Notes under the pieces: model-generated
Told to the model about the DNA's origin: nothing
Seen by the model: the letters and a program-made list of their open reading frames with translations, nothing else
Databases searched by the model: none
Part shown: positions 48,830-58,817 of the stretch, piece after piece
Position numbering within the stretch: position 1 is the stretch's first letter
Layout of the letters: each line of letters starts with the position of its first letter
Virus record (IMG/VR): IMGVR_UViG_3300022927_000015
Span: 1-64,000 of that record
Direction: 5' to 3' (one strand)
Length of the DNA: 64,000 nt
Source: a virus
Made by a program: the position numbers and the translations under genes

Positions 48830-49369
48830 TTAGTTTGCTTTAGTGTTTCTACTGTTTAGGTTAGTTCCTAACTTAATCTTACCGCCTTCATACTGTTTGG
48901 TTTCTTGACCAGGCTGTAACATATTAGGAGGCATAGGTTGTTTAACACCAGCTTTACTAGTCTTTGCTTTTTCAATAAGTCTCTGCATTCTTCCTTGATC
49001 CTTTTCGCTCTGTCTACCTGTATCAATATAAGCTTCTTGTGTTGAATTAGGTCTGGATGCAGGATTAGGTCTAGAGTAAACAAGATCTTGTCTAGATAAA
49101 TTAGGTATGACAAGAATATCACCTTCGGCAATAGTAAAAGGGTTAAAGATATTGTTAACTACACAAATAGCATCTATGAATTCACCGCTACCAAAATAGA
49201 GTTCCGATATCTTATCAATTCTACCTACTTGGTCAATCTGTACATAATGCAATGCCTTAACACCTAAGTCTGCGTTATATGTAAATGACGGTGCAGTTAG
49301 GTCATAATAAAACTCACCAGTTCTTTCCTCTGTCAATTTATTCTTTAATGCTAACGATTTAATATTCAT
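48830..49369 (-). CDS. Baseplate wedge gp53/LysM-like protein
   Basis: GRIDKISELYFGS...ICVVNNIFNPFTIAEGDILVIP. Confidence 0.7.
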   Translation of the reverse strand: MNIKSLALKNKLTEERTGEFYYDLTAPSFTYNADLGVKALHYVQIDQVGRIDKISELYFGSGEFIDAICVVNNIFNPFTIAEGDILVIPNLSRQDLVYSRPNPASRPNSTQEAYIDTGRQSEKDQGRMQRLIEKAKTSKAGVKQPMPPNMLQPGQETKQYEGGKIKLGTNLNSRNTKAN

Positions 49370-49370
49370 A

Positions 49371-51167
49371 TTACGAGTCTATCATCATACTAACCAGATT
49401 AGAAGTATATGCAGCATCATCATCGGTGAAAATGTTTGCATTTGATTGCTTCTTAATGTTAGATATTTTATCATTTTTTATATCAGCAGCTTGATTCCCT
49501 TGTGTAGGGGATAAGCTAACGTTACCAGCCTTAACCGATCCGTATGTTGCTACATCTTGTCCTGCTAGGTTAAGAATATCTTCTTCGCCTGCAGCAGATG
49601 CATATATTCTACCACGCCCAGCATTAAACATATTTTCTATATCACCTTTATCTCTAGGCTTACCGTGTTTAAGGGTTACTTCAAATTTAACCTCCATCGG
49701 AAAATCATCATATCCTAAACCATGTCCTAGAGTCATAGTAGCATTATCACAGAACATATTACCCATCATAACAATTGGATTAAGAGGATTTCCCACAGTT
49801 ACATGCCAATCGCCAGTAGGCTCTCCGCTTACAAAGGTTTTAGTAGCTTGTGTACCTGAAACAGCTCCTACATTTTCACTTAAGAATCCACCTAACATGT
49901 TACCTAATAATGTTTTACCAACTTTAAGTAAACCATCTAATCCATTTTCTAAATTAAATTCACCGGTACCTCCACCGAATACATTTTTAAAACCAGTCTC
50001 CACATCAGTAACAACACTTCCAATATAACCGCTAAAGTCACCTTGCTTAAGTTTATTAATATCACCAAACTGACTGGCAACGGCACCTGCACTACCATAG
50101 TACCTTTGGCCACCACCAAAGAATTGACCGTTATTATAAGTCATGGTTAACATATTACTTATAATATCAATCATTGCAATTTTAGGATTAACATAGTTAA
50201 GAGATTTGAGCTCATATTCAAAATTAAGCTTCATATCTTGACTAAAGTTTAAACCTCTATCCCTAATATTAGTTTTATTAACAACATTAACAGGACCTAT
50301 TACAAAGTTAGCATAAGTAGTTCCTAGCTGATCACCGGTACTATTTAACTGACTTGCAAATTTTTGTCTTGAACTAATTCCTTTGAACGCATCAGCGGTT
50401 GCTCTACCAATACCTCCCATCTTACTATAAAAAGGCTGCTGTGTATATCCACCATCACCACTGTCTACGGATTCCATCTCATTGGTGATTTCTTTATAGG
50501 TTAAACCATAAGACATGGTTAAGAGGTCTTCTAATTTATTACCAGCCTTTTCTCCCATATAAGTAACTGCAGTTACACCTGCTGTTTGCGTTGCATCAAC
50601 TGCCTCAGAGGTAGTAGCGGTATTGCCATCTTTTGAACCTGGTGTTTTACTTAGGTCAAAAATATTGTCTTCTACAGGAACTGGGAATCTTCTTAGCGTA
50701 ACTAAATGATTTACAGGAATCTGCTTATAGTATTTATTGTATAAAAAGTCCTGTGGCTTATATGATATTCTTGGATAGTTTTCATTATAGAATTCCATCA
50801 TCTTTGCAATGGATATATTCTTTGCATCAGTTCCACCCATTAATGAATTATTGGGGCTATCAAAAAAGTCTTTACTAACATCACCGGTTAAACCACCATA
50901 CATACCTCTGAAATTAAATAGAGCAAACCTATTAAATATAGATCTAGGTATTTCAATGTTTTGCATACCCTCAGAAACACCAAACTGGTCAGGGAGTGCC
51001 CTACCTGAAAAAAACGTCTTAGCAGTTTCTAGCTCTATTTCATGAGCCATGCCAACAGACTCCCCACCATAAACTCCTAATCTAACCGCACTGGGCGAAT
51101 TAGGGTTAGGTGGAGTATTTGCATTTACACTACTATTACTTAAAGTTTCGGTCTTGTATGATGACAT
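49371..51167 (-). CDS. Putative baseplate/tail tube initiator protein (gp48/gp54-like)
   Basis: 598 aa; WHVTVGNP..P...NMFCD...DDFPMEVKFEVTLKHG tube-fold pattern; position in the hub cluster. Confidence 0.5.
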   Translation of the reverse strand: MSSYKTETLSNSSVNANTPPNPNSPSAVRLGVYGGESVGMAHEIELETAKTFFSGRALPDQFGVSEGMQNIEIPRSIFNRFALFNFRGMYGGLTGDVSKDFFDSPNNSLMGGTDAKNISIAKMMEFYNENYPRISYKPQDFLYNKYYKQIPVNHLVTLRRFPVPVEDNIFDLSKTPGSKDGNTATTSEAVDATQTAGVTAVTYMGEKAGNKLEDLLTMSYGLTYKEITNEMESVDSGDGGYTQQPFYSKMGGIGRATADAFKGISSRQKFASQLNSTGDQLGTTYANFVIGPVNVVNKTNIRDRGLNFSQDMKLNFEYELKSLNYVNPKIAMIDIISNMLTMTYNNGQFFGGGQRYYGSAGAVASQFGDINKLKQGDFSGYIGSVVTDVETGFKNVFGGGTGEFNLENGLDGLLKVGKTLLGNMLGGFLSENVGAVSGTQATKTFVSGEPTGDWHVTVGNPLNPIVMMGNMFCDNATMTLGHGLGYDDFPMEVKFEVTLKHGKPRDKGDIENMFNAGRGRIYASAAGEEDILNLAGQDVATYGSVKAGNVSLSPTQGNQAADIKNDKISNIKKQSNANIFTDDDAAYTSNLVSMMIDS

Positions 51168-51175
51168 ATAGGGAG

Positions 51176-51200
51176 ACTATTTTTTGTATATATTCAGCCT
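51176..51200 (-). promoter_or_regulatory. 25-bp promoter-containing segment identical to 57708..57732
   Basis: actattttttgtatatattcagcct occurs exactly at both sites. Confidence 0.7.
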
Positions 51201-51757
51201 AAGCTGTTTAGATACTTATCAATGTCAATATCTCCTTTTTGGAATTTATCAGTCCATCCTTTTTTAAACCGTACATCAAATTCTTGTGTACTATCAGTTG
51301 ATAAAGAACCCTTAAAAAATGGCCTAGCTGAAGTCTCTCTAATTTCTTTAAGATTTTTTGATATGATATAAAACTGAACCTTTTCAAACAGATCCTTTAA
51401 ATCATTCTTAGTCTTTTTACACATCACAGATTCTACAATTACATAAAATCTTTCACGGTCTTTTTCGTCAAACCGCTCCTCTAAAGATCGTGTATTTGTA
51501 AAGTCTTCTTTTTTAAGTGGCATCTTTCTAGCACGGTTATCAAACTCATATTTAAAATTCATATCAAAGAAATACCTTTTTAGATATTTCATGTTATCAT
51601 ACATTTTAATAATGCGAATCTTATAGAGTGGATTAACTGGATCCCATGATGTATCTACAATAAGACCTTTTATTGGCAATAAAATATTAGGCCTACTATG
51701 AGATGATAGTAGGCAGTATACAGTTTGACCCTTTGTAAATATGCGGTGTGCTTTCAT
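51194..51757 (-). CDS. Hypothetical protein
   Basis: 187 aa ORF overlapping the upstream gene by 4 nt. Confidence 0.6.
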   Translation of the reverse strand: MKAHRIFTKGQTVYCLLSSHSRPNILLPIKGLIVDTSWDPVNPLYKIRIIKMYDNMKYLKRYFFDMNFKYEFDNRARKMPLKKEDFTNTRSLEERFDEKDRERFYVIVESVMCKKTKNDLKDLFEKVQFYIISKNLKEIRETSARPFFKGSLSTDSTQEFDVRFKKGWTDKFQKGDIDIDKYLNSLG

Positions 51758-52143
51758 TCAAATTCTACCACGTTCTCAAATAACTTTGCTGCCCCGTTTA
51801 CATTGATATCAGGTGAATGATAAATGTTATATTCTATATCTCTATCTGTTAAGGTTTCAACATAATTTTTTACACCTACTACAGTTCTTTCATTAAGATT
51901 ACCTAATACATAAAACACTGATGTAGTTGTAGTCCTTTCTAAAATAGTCTGTAACTGTTTCATAAGATAGGAAGATACTACTGCATCAGATGGTTCAAAT
52001 TGGTAAAAGTCGTTTTTAGTTAGCTTATTAAAAATATCCATGTAATTAATACATTCAATATTTCTAGGCACCTTTCCTAAAAAACTTTTAATCCTAACGG
52101 CATCTTTAGAATATATGAAATTAAATTCTATCCTTGTTTCCAT
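51754..52143 (-). CDS. Hypothetical protein
   Basis: 129 aa ORF in a coupled operon. Confidence 0.6.
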   Translation of the reverse strand: METRIEFNFIYSKDAVRIKSFLGKVPRNIECINYMDIFNKLTKNDFYQFEPSDAVVSSYLMKQLQTILERTTTTSVFYVLGNLNERTVVGVKNYVETLTDRDIEYNIYHSPDINVNGAAKLFENVVEFE

Positions 52144-52457
52144 TCCTTTAGCAAATCAATCTCAGCCTGGAGCTCTCTTATTTTACTCTCTACTTCCTTT
52201 TTGTTAGGCTCATAGTGAGTTCCCCAAACCGTATCAAACTGCAGGACATTCTTGTCAAATTTATTACCACACTCTAAACCTAAGTCTTCACAAAGTTCAA
52301 AGAAGAATTTCATGATGTACTCATATCTATTTGAGTCTGAATCTGATTCTTCATAAACATCGGTTGAAGTCCACTGTTCTTTACCTCCACCATGATTATC
52401 ATCAATGACTCTCTTTATGACACCATTTCTAGCTGGTTCTAGAACTATCTTAACCAT
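52128..52457 (-). CDS. Hypothetical protein (probable start MVKIVLEP at 52457)
   Basis: ORF in a coupled operon; this ATG overlaps the end of the upstream gene. Confidence 0.6.
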   Translation of the reverse strand: MVKIVLEPARNGVIKRVIDDNHGGGKEQWTSTDVYEESDSDSNRYEYIMKFFFELCEDLGLECGNKFDKNVLQFDTVWGTHYEPNKKEVESKIRELQAEIDLLKEWKQG

Positions 52458-52656
52458 TGGCCTCCTTTTGGTCTTGTTCTTCACCTTGTGCGGATATAGC
52501 GCGATCTACATTAGCTGCATGGATTTCTTTTCCTGCTTTAATGTTTTCACGAACATATTCTGCCCATTCTTTGAGTGATGCTTTTGACTTGGCTTTAAGT
52601 ATACCTTGATACTTTAACATTTGTCTGCGCTGTCTACGATTTGGAATCTGTGTCAT
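52450..52656 (-). CDS. Small basic hypothetical protein
   Basis: 68 aa with NRRQRR; promoter motif 13 nt upstream. Confidence 0.6.
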   Translation of the reverse strand: MTQIPNRRQRRQMLKYQGILKAKSKASLKEWAEYVRENIKAGKEIHAANVDRAISAQGEEQDQKEANG

Positions 52657-52684
52657 ATGATTAATTTTATTATATATTACTATG

Positions 52685-53176
52685 CTAGTCGGCCTGGTAT
52701 CTGGACTTAATCAGTTGCTTAATACTTTCAAATAAGCTATCCTTTACTAGATCTTCTGATATTTGATCTTTAATATAAGATTCTAATTCTTCATTAACTT
52801 CATCCAAGTCAAATGATGTGCTAATAATTTCATATATAGCTTTTTTAGGTACATCTATTGGAAACGTAAGATTAAGCTTTACACCATCATTCTTTTTCTG
52901 TTTATCAAAAAGAGTTCTAATAGGTGATGTTACTTTAGGTTGTGTAGTTACCTTTTCTTTATAAGTCTCGGCAGCTTTAGTTAATGCCGGGTTTGGTGGA
53001 TTAAAGTCAAGAGGTTCACCATCAATTGGCATTAAGAATTCACTAATAAGAGATGTTGCAATCCTAGAGCCACTTTCAAAAGTAGTCCATTCACCATCAT
53101 TTCCACTAATGACTTCAACAGTACCTATCTTATCACCCTTTATCCACTGAAGCTGTTCCTTTTCCAAATTATCCAT
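52685..53176 (-). CDS. Hypothetical protein
   Basis: 163 aa ORF preceded by TATAAT and AAAGGA. Confidence 0.6.
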   Translation of the reverse strand: MDNLEKEQLQWIKGDKIGTVEVISGNDGEWTTFESGSRIATSLISEFLMPIDGEPLDFNPPNPALTKAAETYKEKVTTQPKVTSPIRTLFDKQKKNDGVKLNLTFPIDVPKKAIYEIISTSFDLDEVNEELESYIKDQISEDLVKDSLFESIKQLIKSRYQAD

Positions 53177-53227
53177 ACTATTATCCTTTAGTAATTATTA
53201 TACTAGGAAAAAGAAAATTGTTTACGA

Positions 53228-56200
53228 TTAAAGAGGGTTGTCTTCAGCCCATAGCTTCCAAACTAAACTCCAAGGCTCAGTACTAGCAATATCTCCAGTA
53301 CCAGCCCACCCAATAACAAGCCTATCATTAACAGCGCTAGTGATTGTGCCTGGTGTAAATGTTAAAGTATCACACTTATACCAAAGGGCATCATTTTGGT
53401 TTGTCCAGTTTCCGGTATTATCTGTCGATCCTATTTGGCTTAATTGGAAATCATTACCACTACTAAACTGACCACATGTCCACTTAAATAAACCTACATA
53501 AAGATTAGGTGGATTTGTAGTACCAACATGAGTACCTGTTATTCTTAACTTATAAACAGTACCATCTGCACCAATATCGTTAATTATTGGTATCATATGA
53601 GTTCCGTACGATCTACTTAATACTGGCGGAACCCCTGATAGAGAAGGAATTGCATTAGTCCAATCGTATGCACTCCAACCTTCCGCAGCACCACCACCTG
53701 ATTGGAAACTTATACCACCTGTATACGGAGTTACTCCACTTTTAAAATAAATAGCCCCTTCTGCGATTGGGTTTTCATCTCCATAGGTTGAACCGCCAGA
53801 TCCTGCAGGACCAGTGGCTCCAATAGGTCCTTGTGGCCCTTGCGGTCCGGTTACACCTGTACCAATTGGCCCTTGTGGCCCTTGAACACCTTGTATACCT
53901 TGTGGTCCTTGTGGACCTTGAACACCAGTGGCTCCAGTAGGTCCAGTTGCACCGCTCTTAGCTACACAGTAAATAGTTTCAGTGGAAGTAGTAAATGTTT
54001 GGTTAGGTCCGGCTGCATGAGAGACTGTTAAAATAATTGCACCTGGCGAACCTCCAATTGGAGTAATCGCAGTAACATCATATGTATCAGGATTACTTGT
54101 TCCTTGGGTAAGAGATACAATATCTCCAGGTAAAGGAAGTTCATTAGTTGATCCTGCTGAATTACTTATAAAGATTTGAGTTACGCCTGATGCCGTAGAA
54201 CTATTGACCGCAAATGTACCAGCAACAGATCCACCAACCCTAAAGACTGATGATGGAATTACTTCACAACCTGCACTAACTATTTGAGCACCAGCTGCTC
54301 CAGTTGGTCCTTGTGGTCCTTGCGGTCCAGTTTCACCTTGTGGTCCCTGTGGTCCAGTTTCACCCTGTGGTCCTTGTGGTCCAGTTTCACCCTGTGGTCC
54401 TTGTGGTCCAGTTTCACCTTGTGGTCCTTGTGGTCCTTGTTCTCCCTGCGGTCCTTGAATTCCTCTTGGACCTTGCGGCCCAGCTTCACCTTGTGGTCCT
54501 TGTGGCCCTTGAATACCAGTAGCTCCTATTGAACCTTGTGGTCCTTGTGGCCCTTGAACACCAGTAGCTCCAGTTTCACCACCCGGTCCTTGAACACCAG
54601 TTGCTCCTATTGAACCTTGTGGTCCTTGAGGTCCTTGAGGTCCTTGAATACCGGTGGCACCAGTTTCACCTATACCGGTAGCACCTATTGATCCTTGAGG
54701 TCCTTGAACACCTGTTGCCCCTATAGGTCCTTGAACACCAGTAGCACCTGCACCAGTAGCTCCAACTGGTCCTTGAACACCAGTAGCACCAGTTAATCCA
54801 TTACCTACAACTTTAGTTAGGTTAAAATTAATATTATGACTCGTTAATGCAGGAGTTCCACTATCAACTTTAAATCTTAAATCAATAACATCACCTGCAG
54901 TTAAGTCCACTAAATCAGTAGTTGAAAATGAACCTATACTATTATTAGACATTGAACGACTAGAAACAGTTGATGAAATTGGATTACCGTTTTTATGTAC
55001 GGCAACCGTTAGCTTGGCATTTGCATTAAGAGAAACTGTATAAGCAGCAGATATTTGATATACTCCACCTTCTCCTGCTGAAATAACCAGTGTATCACCT
55101 TGCGGTGGTCCACTAGATGCTACATAAGACATTTGATTTAGTTCACCCTGTATTGCTTCATCCCAGCCTACATAAGAAGTACTTAAGTTAAGAGTATTAG
55201 CGCCCTCAGGATCTACTTGGTACATTTCACCATAAGCAATTGATCCGCTTATTACACCAGCAGGCCCAGTAGCACCAGTAGGTCCTTGAGGACCTTGAAT
55301 ACCAGTAGCCCCATCTGCACCAGTAGCACCAATTGAACCAATCCCGGTTGCCCCTATAGGACCCTGTTCACCCTGTGGTCCTTGAACACCTTGAATACCT
55401 TGTGGTCCTTGTGGTCCTTGCGGTCCAGTTGCTCCAATTTCACCAACACCAGTAGCACCGGTTAGACCTTGTGGTCCTTGGATACCAGTGGCACCAATTC
55501 CTCCAGCACCAGTGGCACCAATTGGTCCTTGCGGTCCTTGCGGTCCAGTTGCTCCAATTCCACCAGCACCAGTGGCCCCAGTTAAACCCGTAGCACCAGT
55601 AGCTCCAGTTTCTCCCTTATCACCAGTTACAACAAATGAAACAATTACTTCTTCATCCATAGTAAACGGTGAAGATGCTGTAGATGCAATTGGAACTACG
55701 TCTATTTCCCACCATCCGGTATTATCAGTAAGATCACTTATTTGAAATAATATAAATTCTGTTGCATCAGCAGAAGAGCTAATTCTAACATGCCCTTTTG
55801 GTATTGATGTTGATGCATCTATTGTTTGTAAGAATGTTGAAATATCTCCACCACCAGTATATGCCGTATCGTTGATAGACATTATAGTAGAGGTATTTTG
55901 TGTTGCATTATTTAATGACACATACCCAAACCCAGGATCTGCTACAGATGTAACAGTATTAAAGTCATATGTAAATGAAGCTCCGCCAAAAGTACCATCT
56001 GCACCAGTAGCACCAGTAAGACCAGTAGCACCTGGAGGCCCATCAACACCTGGAGGCCCTTGCGGACCATTACCACCTATTTCTCCCTGTGGTCCCTGTG
56101 GTCCCTGTGGTCCATCAACACCAGTAGCTCCAGTTTCACCTATGCCAGTAGCACCAATAGGTCCTTGGGGTCCTTGAACACCAGTGGCTCCAGTTGGACC

Positions 56201-57097
56201 TTGGACACCAGTAGCCCCAAACCCGGTAGCTCCAACTGGCCCAGTAGCACCAGCTGGTCCTTGTGGCCCAGTGGCACCAGTATCTCCAGTTAACCCAGCT
56301 GCAGCAGGTGATATGTTTATCCAATTACTTCCATTCCATTGTAAGATATCGGAATTTGATGGTGAAGGTGCATTAACATTAGAAAGCATACTTATAGTAG
56401 GAGATCCACTGTTAAGGTTAGCTAAATCTACTTCACTTTCATCAAAATTATAAACTACATTATTATTAACCCCATCTAAATTAGCGGTTAGCGGAGTTCC
56501 TGTTGTATTAGTAGCAGTTAATCCTCTAAAAGTTAGTGTAGTGCCGGACATACCAGCAAAAAGATTATTACCACCAACCCCAATATTAGTACCTTGGTTA
56601 ACTTCACCGCTTGCACCTGTGTTTATAAGCTTTATAGAGTTTGTCGTGGTATCATATTGTAAACTCATACCAGGACCTGCAATTAATCTAAATGTGTCAT
56701 TAGGTGTTGTTGAAAAAAGAGTCCCATCATCGGTTGTTTGAAAAGACCCTGTTGCTCCAGTATAGTTAAGTACAACTTTACCAAACCCTGGGCTAGCTCC
56801 TACTGTAATATCTCCGGATCCAATACCTCCAATGATATCCCATTCATTTTGATCAAATACACCTCTCGTGGTTCTCTTATTAGCTCTCCACCAAACTAAA
56901 GCTTCTGATGATACACTTGTACCGCCAGTAGGTTCAATGACCTCTACTGGGTGATATACAATATGACCTTCTTCATAAGTTCTATCGTCAACCCACGGGT
57001 TTGCTACTGCTTTAAAATTATCATCCACTTCTCCGTTAAAAAGTTCTCTTTTAACTTCTGTTCTATAGATGATATATTCTTTTAAATTGAATGCCAT
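53228..57097 (-). CDS. Collagen-like fibre protein with several Gly-X-Y tracts separated by globular domains
   Basis: [12 protein letters not shown] tracts; internal C1q/TNF-like (BclA-C-like) module GVYQISAAY...[12 protein letters not shown]. Confidence 0.85.
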   Translation of the reverse strand: MAFNLKEYIIYRTEVKRELFNGEVDDNFKAVANPWVDDRTYEEGHIVYHPVEVIEPTGGTSVSSEALVWWRANKRTTRGVFDQNEWDIIGGIGSGDITVGASPGFGKVVLNYTGATGSFQTTDDGTLFSTTPNDTFRLIAGPGMSLQYDTTTNSIKLINTGASGEVNQGTNIGVGGNNLFAGMSGTTLTFRGLTATNTTGTPLTANLDGVNNNVVYNFDESEVDLANLNSGSPTISMLSNVNAPSPSNSDILQWNGSNWINISPAAAGLTGDTGATGPQGPAGATGPVGATGFGATGVQGPTGATGVQGPQGPIGATGIGETGATGVDGPQGPQGPQGEIGGNGPQGPPGVDGPPGATGLTGATGADGTFGGASFTYDFNTVTSVADPGFGYVSLNNATQNTSTIMSINDTAYTGGGDISTFLQTIDASTSIPKGHVRISSSADATEFILFQISDLTDNTGWWEIDVVPIASTASSPFTMDEEVIVSFVVTGDKGETGATGATGLTGATGAGGIGATGPQGPQGPIGATGAGGIGATGIQGPQGLTGATGVGEIGATGPQGPQGPQGIQGVQGPQGEQGPIGATGIGSIGATGADGATGIQGPQGPTGATGPAGVISGSIAYGEMYQVDPEGANTLNLSTSYVGWDEAIQGELNQMSYVASSGPPQGDTLVISAGEGGVYQISAAYTVSLNANAKLTVAVHKNGNPISSTVSSRSMSNNSIGSFSTTDLVDLTAGDVIDLRFKVDSGTPALTSHNINFNLTKVVGNGLTGATGVQGPVGATGAGATGVQGPIGATGVQGPQGSIGATGIGETGATGIQGPQGPQGPQGSIGATGVQGPGGETGATGVQGPQGPQGSIGATGIQGPQGPQGEAGPQGPRGIQGPQGEQGPQGPQGETGPQGPQGETGPQGPQGETGPQGPQGETGPQGPQGPTGAAGAQIVSAGCEVIPSSVFRVGGSVAGTFAVNSSTASGVTQIFISNSAGSTNELPLPGDIVSLTQGTSNPDTYDVTAITPIGGSPGAIILTVSHAAGPNQTFTTSTETIYCVAKSGATGPTGATGVQGPQGPQGIQGVQGPQGPIGTGVTGPQGPQGPIGATGPAGSGGSTYGDENPIAEGAIYFKSGVTPYTGGISFQSGGGAAEGWSAYDWTNAIPSLSGVPPVLSRSYGTHMIPIINDIGADGTVYKLRITGTHVGTTNPPNLYVGLFKWTCGQFSSGNDFQLSQIGSTDNTGNWTNQNDALWYKCDTLTFTPGTITSAVNDRLVIGWAGTGDIASTEPWSLVWKLWAEDNPL
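54290..54800 (-). repeat. Collagen tandem repeats including GETGPQGPQ x4, near-identical to 1..385
   Basis: ggtccagtttcacc(c/t)tgtggtcc(c/t)tgt units visible. Confidence 0.9.
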
Positions 57098-57117
57098 TTA
57101 CTTTAGTCTTTTTTTAT

Positions 57118-57699
57118 TTATTCTGGCGGTTCATTAATAATGTTAGCATCATCATAAGGAAATTCTGCTACATTATTATTAGAAGTTAACGCTAATCTTA
57201 GTTGGTTGAGATACCATGTACCTTCCGACCAACCAGGCTCGGCATAACACGGTGAATAAATCCCAGTTTTATATATCCTATAAATTTCATTATAGTACTT
57301 CCTATAGTCCTGTACTGCTTTATCAATGAAAGCTTTTTGTCTCTTAGTTAAAACTGCTCTTTGTGTATTTCTCTGTAAATCAAAGTCTGAACCTGTAGTA
57401 AGTCTAAAGTCACCTGTTAAATCAGAGGCTCTGTATTCTGTAATAAAGTCATACAAATCACTAGCGGCTAAAAATAACTCAATTGAAACTATGTCACCAA
57501 CAAAACAGTTATCAAAAGGAATGTAATGCTCCTGGTAAAAAGCATTCAATTCCTCTACACTGTTAAAGTCAGTGAATTCTGTTTTTTGACTAGCCTCATC
57601 ATAAAAGCCTAGTCTAGTCTTTGACATATTGATCCTATTCTTCTTTAAGTAAACAAAAAAGTCTAGGGTTAATTTAAAAGTTAATGCTTCAACGACCAA
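57118..57699 (-). CDS. Hypothetical protein (TTG start)
   Basis: 193 aa ORF with the promoter motif 18 nt upstream. Confidence 0.6.
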   Translation of the reverse strand: MVVEALTFKLTLDFFVYLKKNRINMSKTRLGFYDEASQKTEFTDFNSVEELNAFYQEHYIPFDNCFVGDIVSIELFLAASDLYDFITEYRASDLTGDFRLTTGSDFDLQRNTQRAVLTKRQKAFIDKAVQDYRKYYNEIYRIYKTGIYSPCYAEPGWSEGTWYLNQLRLALTSNNNVAEFPYDDANIINEPPE

Positions 57700-57707
57700 G
57701 AGGACAT

Positions 57708-57732
57708 ACTATTTTTTGTATATATTCAGCCC
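57708..57732 (-). promoter_or_regulatory. 25-bp promoter-containing segment identical to 51176..51200
   Basis: Exact duplicate containing GAATATATACA. Confidence 0.7.
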
Positions 57733-58199
57733 TTTATAGAATGGTAGTCGTTTATAAGTTTAGAAATATTTCCGTGTGTGATGTTGCATCTATCAAAGAT
57801 TACTAAATGATCCATGTCTCGGTAATCATCAATCCAATATACATGTTTAAATCCAGCATTTACTAGGATCTTTGTACACATCTTACATGGGGAGAGGGTA
57901 AGCAGAATGATATAGTTTTCAGGATCATATTCCTTAAACTTAGCAATCATATTTACCTCAGCATGGATAAACCCACTTTCACCAGGTGTGAGAGACTCTT
58001 CTTCTGTTCCTGTTACATCATTAATGCCAGCTCCGCTATAAGATCCATTATAACCAAAGCTAGCAATTTTACTAAAGTCTTTTCTTAATGCCATACACCC
58101 AACCTTTGTTGTGGATGAATTAGATAAATTCCTAATACTCTTAAGAATATCAGTAAATGCTTCTATCTTTATTTGAAGTCGTCGAATTTTGGTATCCAT
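57726..58199 (-). CDS. dCMP deaminase
   Basis: KVGC, GYNG, HAEVN, LSPCKMC zinc-deaminase motifs. Confidence 0.9.
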   Translation of the reverse strand: MDTKIRRLQIKIEAFTDILKSIRNLSNSSTTKVGCMALRKDFSKIASFGYNGSYSGAGINDVTGTEEESLTPGESGFIHAEVNMIAKFKEYDPENYIILLTLSPCKMCTKILVNAGFKHVYWIDDYRDMDHLVIFDRCNITHGNISKLINDYHSIKG

Positions 58200-58756
58200 T
58201 TCTGCTTAATTAGAGTGGCGTCCATTTTAATGTCTTTATTCTCTCTTGCCAACCTTTTTGCAATATTGACATTTTCCTTATCATCATCAAAGAAGGTAAA
58301 GTTTCTAAAGCCCATTTGGACAAATTTCATAAAGGCTTCTTTTTTCTTTTGGGCAGTAGATCCAGTAAAACCTAGATTAGGATCATTAATAGCAAATATG
58401 TAATCTGGGTTAATGTTAATTCCATGATGAGATAAGAAATCATAGATGAGGTCAGCACTATCCCTTGCTGTGATAATACCTACTGGCTTACCTTTTGCTA
58501 TTGTTCTTTTTAAAATATTGAACACCCATTCAATAATCATACCACCTTTAAGTATATTAGGATTTTGAAAATCAGAAAAATCCATCTTATCATTAGGCCT
58601 CTGCTGAAATGTATTGAATTCTTGTGGTGTAAGCTCTGTAGAAAAACCGGTTTTAGGATTATGAACTTTAATCTTGCTCTTAGTTACAACAAGAGTATCA
58701 TCAACATCAAATATAGTGATGTCTTTATTGTTCATATATCCTTCATATAGTTTCAT
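58169..58756 (-). CDS. HAD-superfamily phosphatase
   Basis: IFDVDDTL (motif I), IITAR (motif II), KK, FFDDDKEN (motif IV). Confidence 0.85.
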   Translation of the reverse strand: MKLYEGYMNNKDITIFDVDDTLVVTKSKIKVHNPKTGFSTELTPQEFNTFQQRPNDKMDFSDFQNPNILKGGMIIEWVFNILKRTIAKGKPVGIITARDSADLIYDFLSHHGININPDYIFAINDPNLGFTGSTAQKKKEAFMKFVQMGFRNFTFFDDDKENVNIAKRLARENKDIKMDATLIKQKWIPKFDDFK

Positions 58757-58817
58757 ACAATATATTTATTAGTGCGTAAGTGTTCTCCCACCAGAGGTGA
58801 GATATGGTATAGACCGG

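Noticed and set aside
54280-56453. Multiple short alternative-frame and antisense ORFs in the second collagen gene
   Set aside because: These are repeat-induced shadow ORFs fully nested within 53228..57097.
58784-58802. Small hairpin after the DNA ligase gene
   Set aside because: The stem is short and bulged with no U-tract; insufficient support as a terminator.
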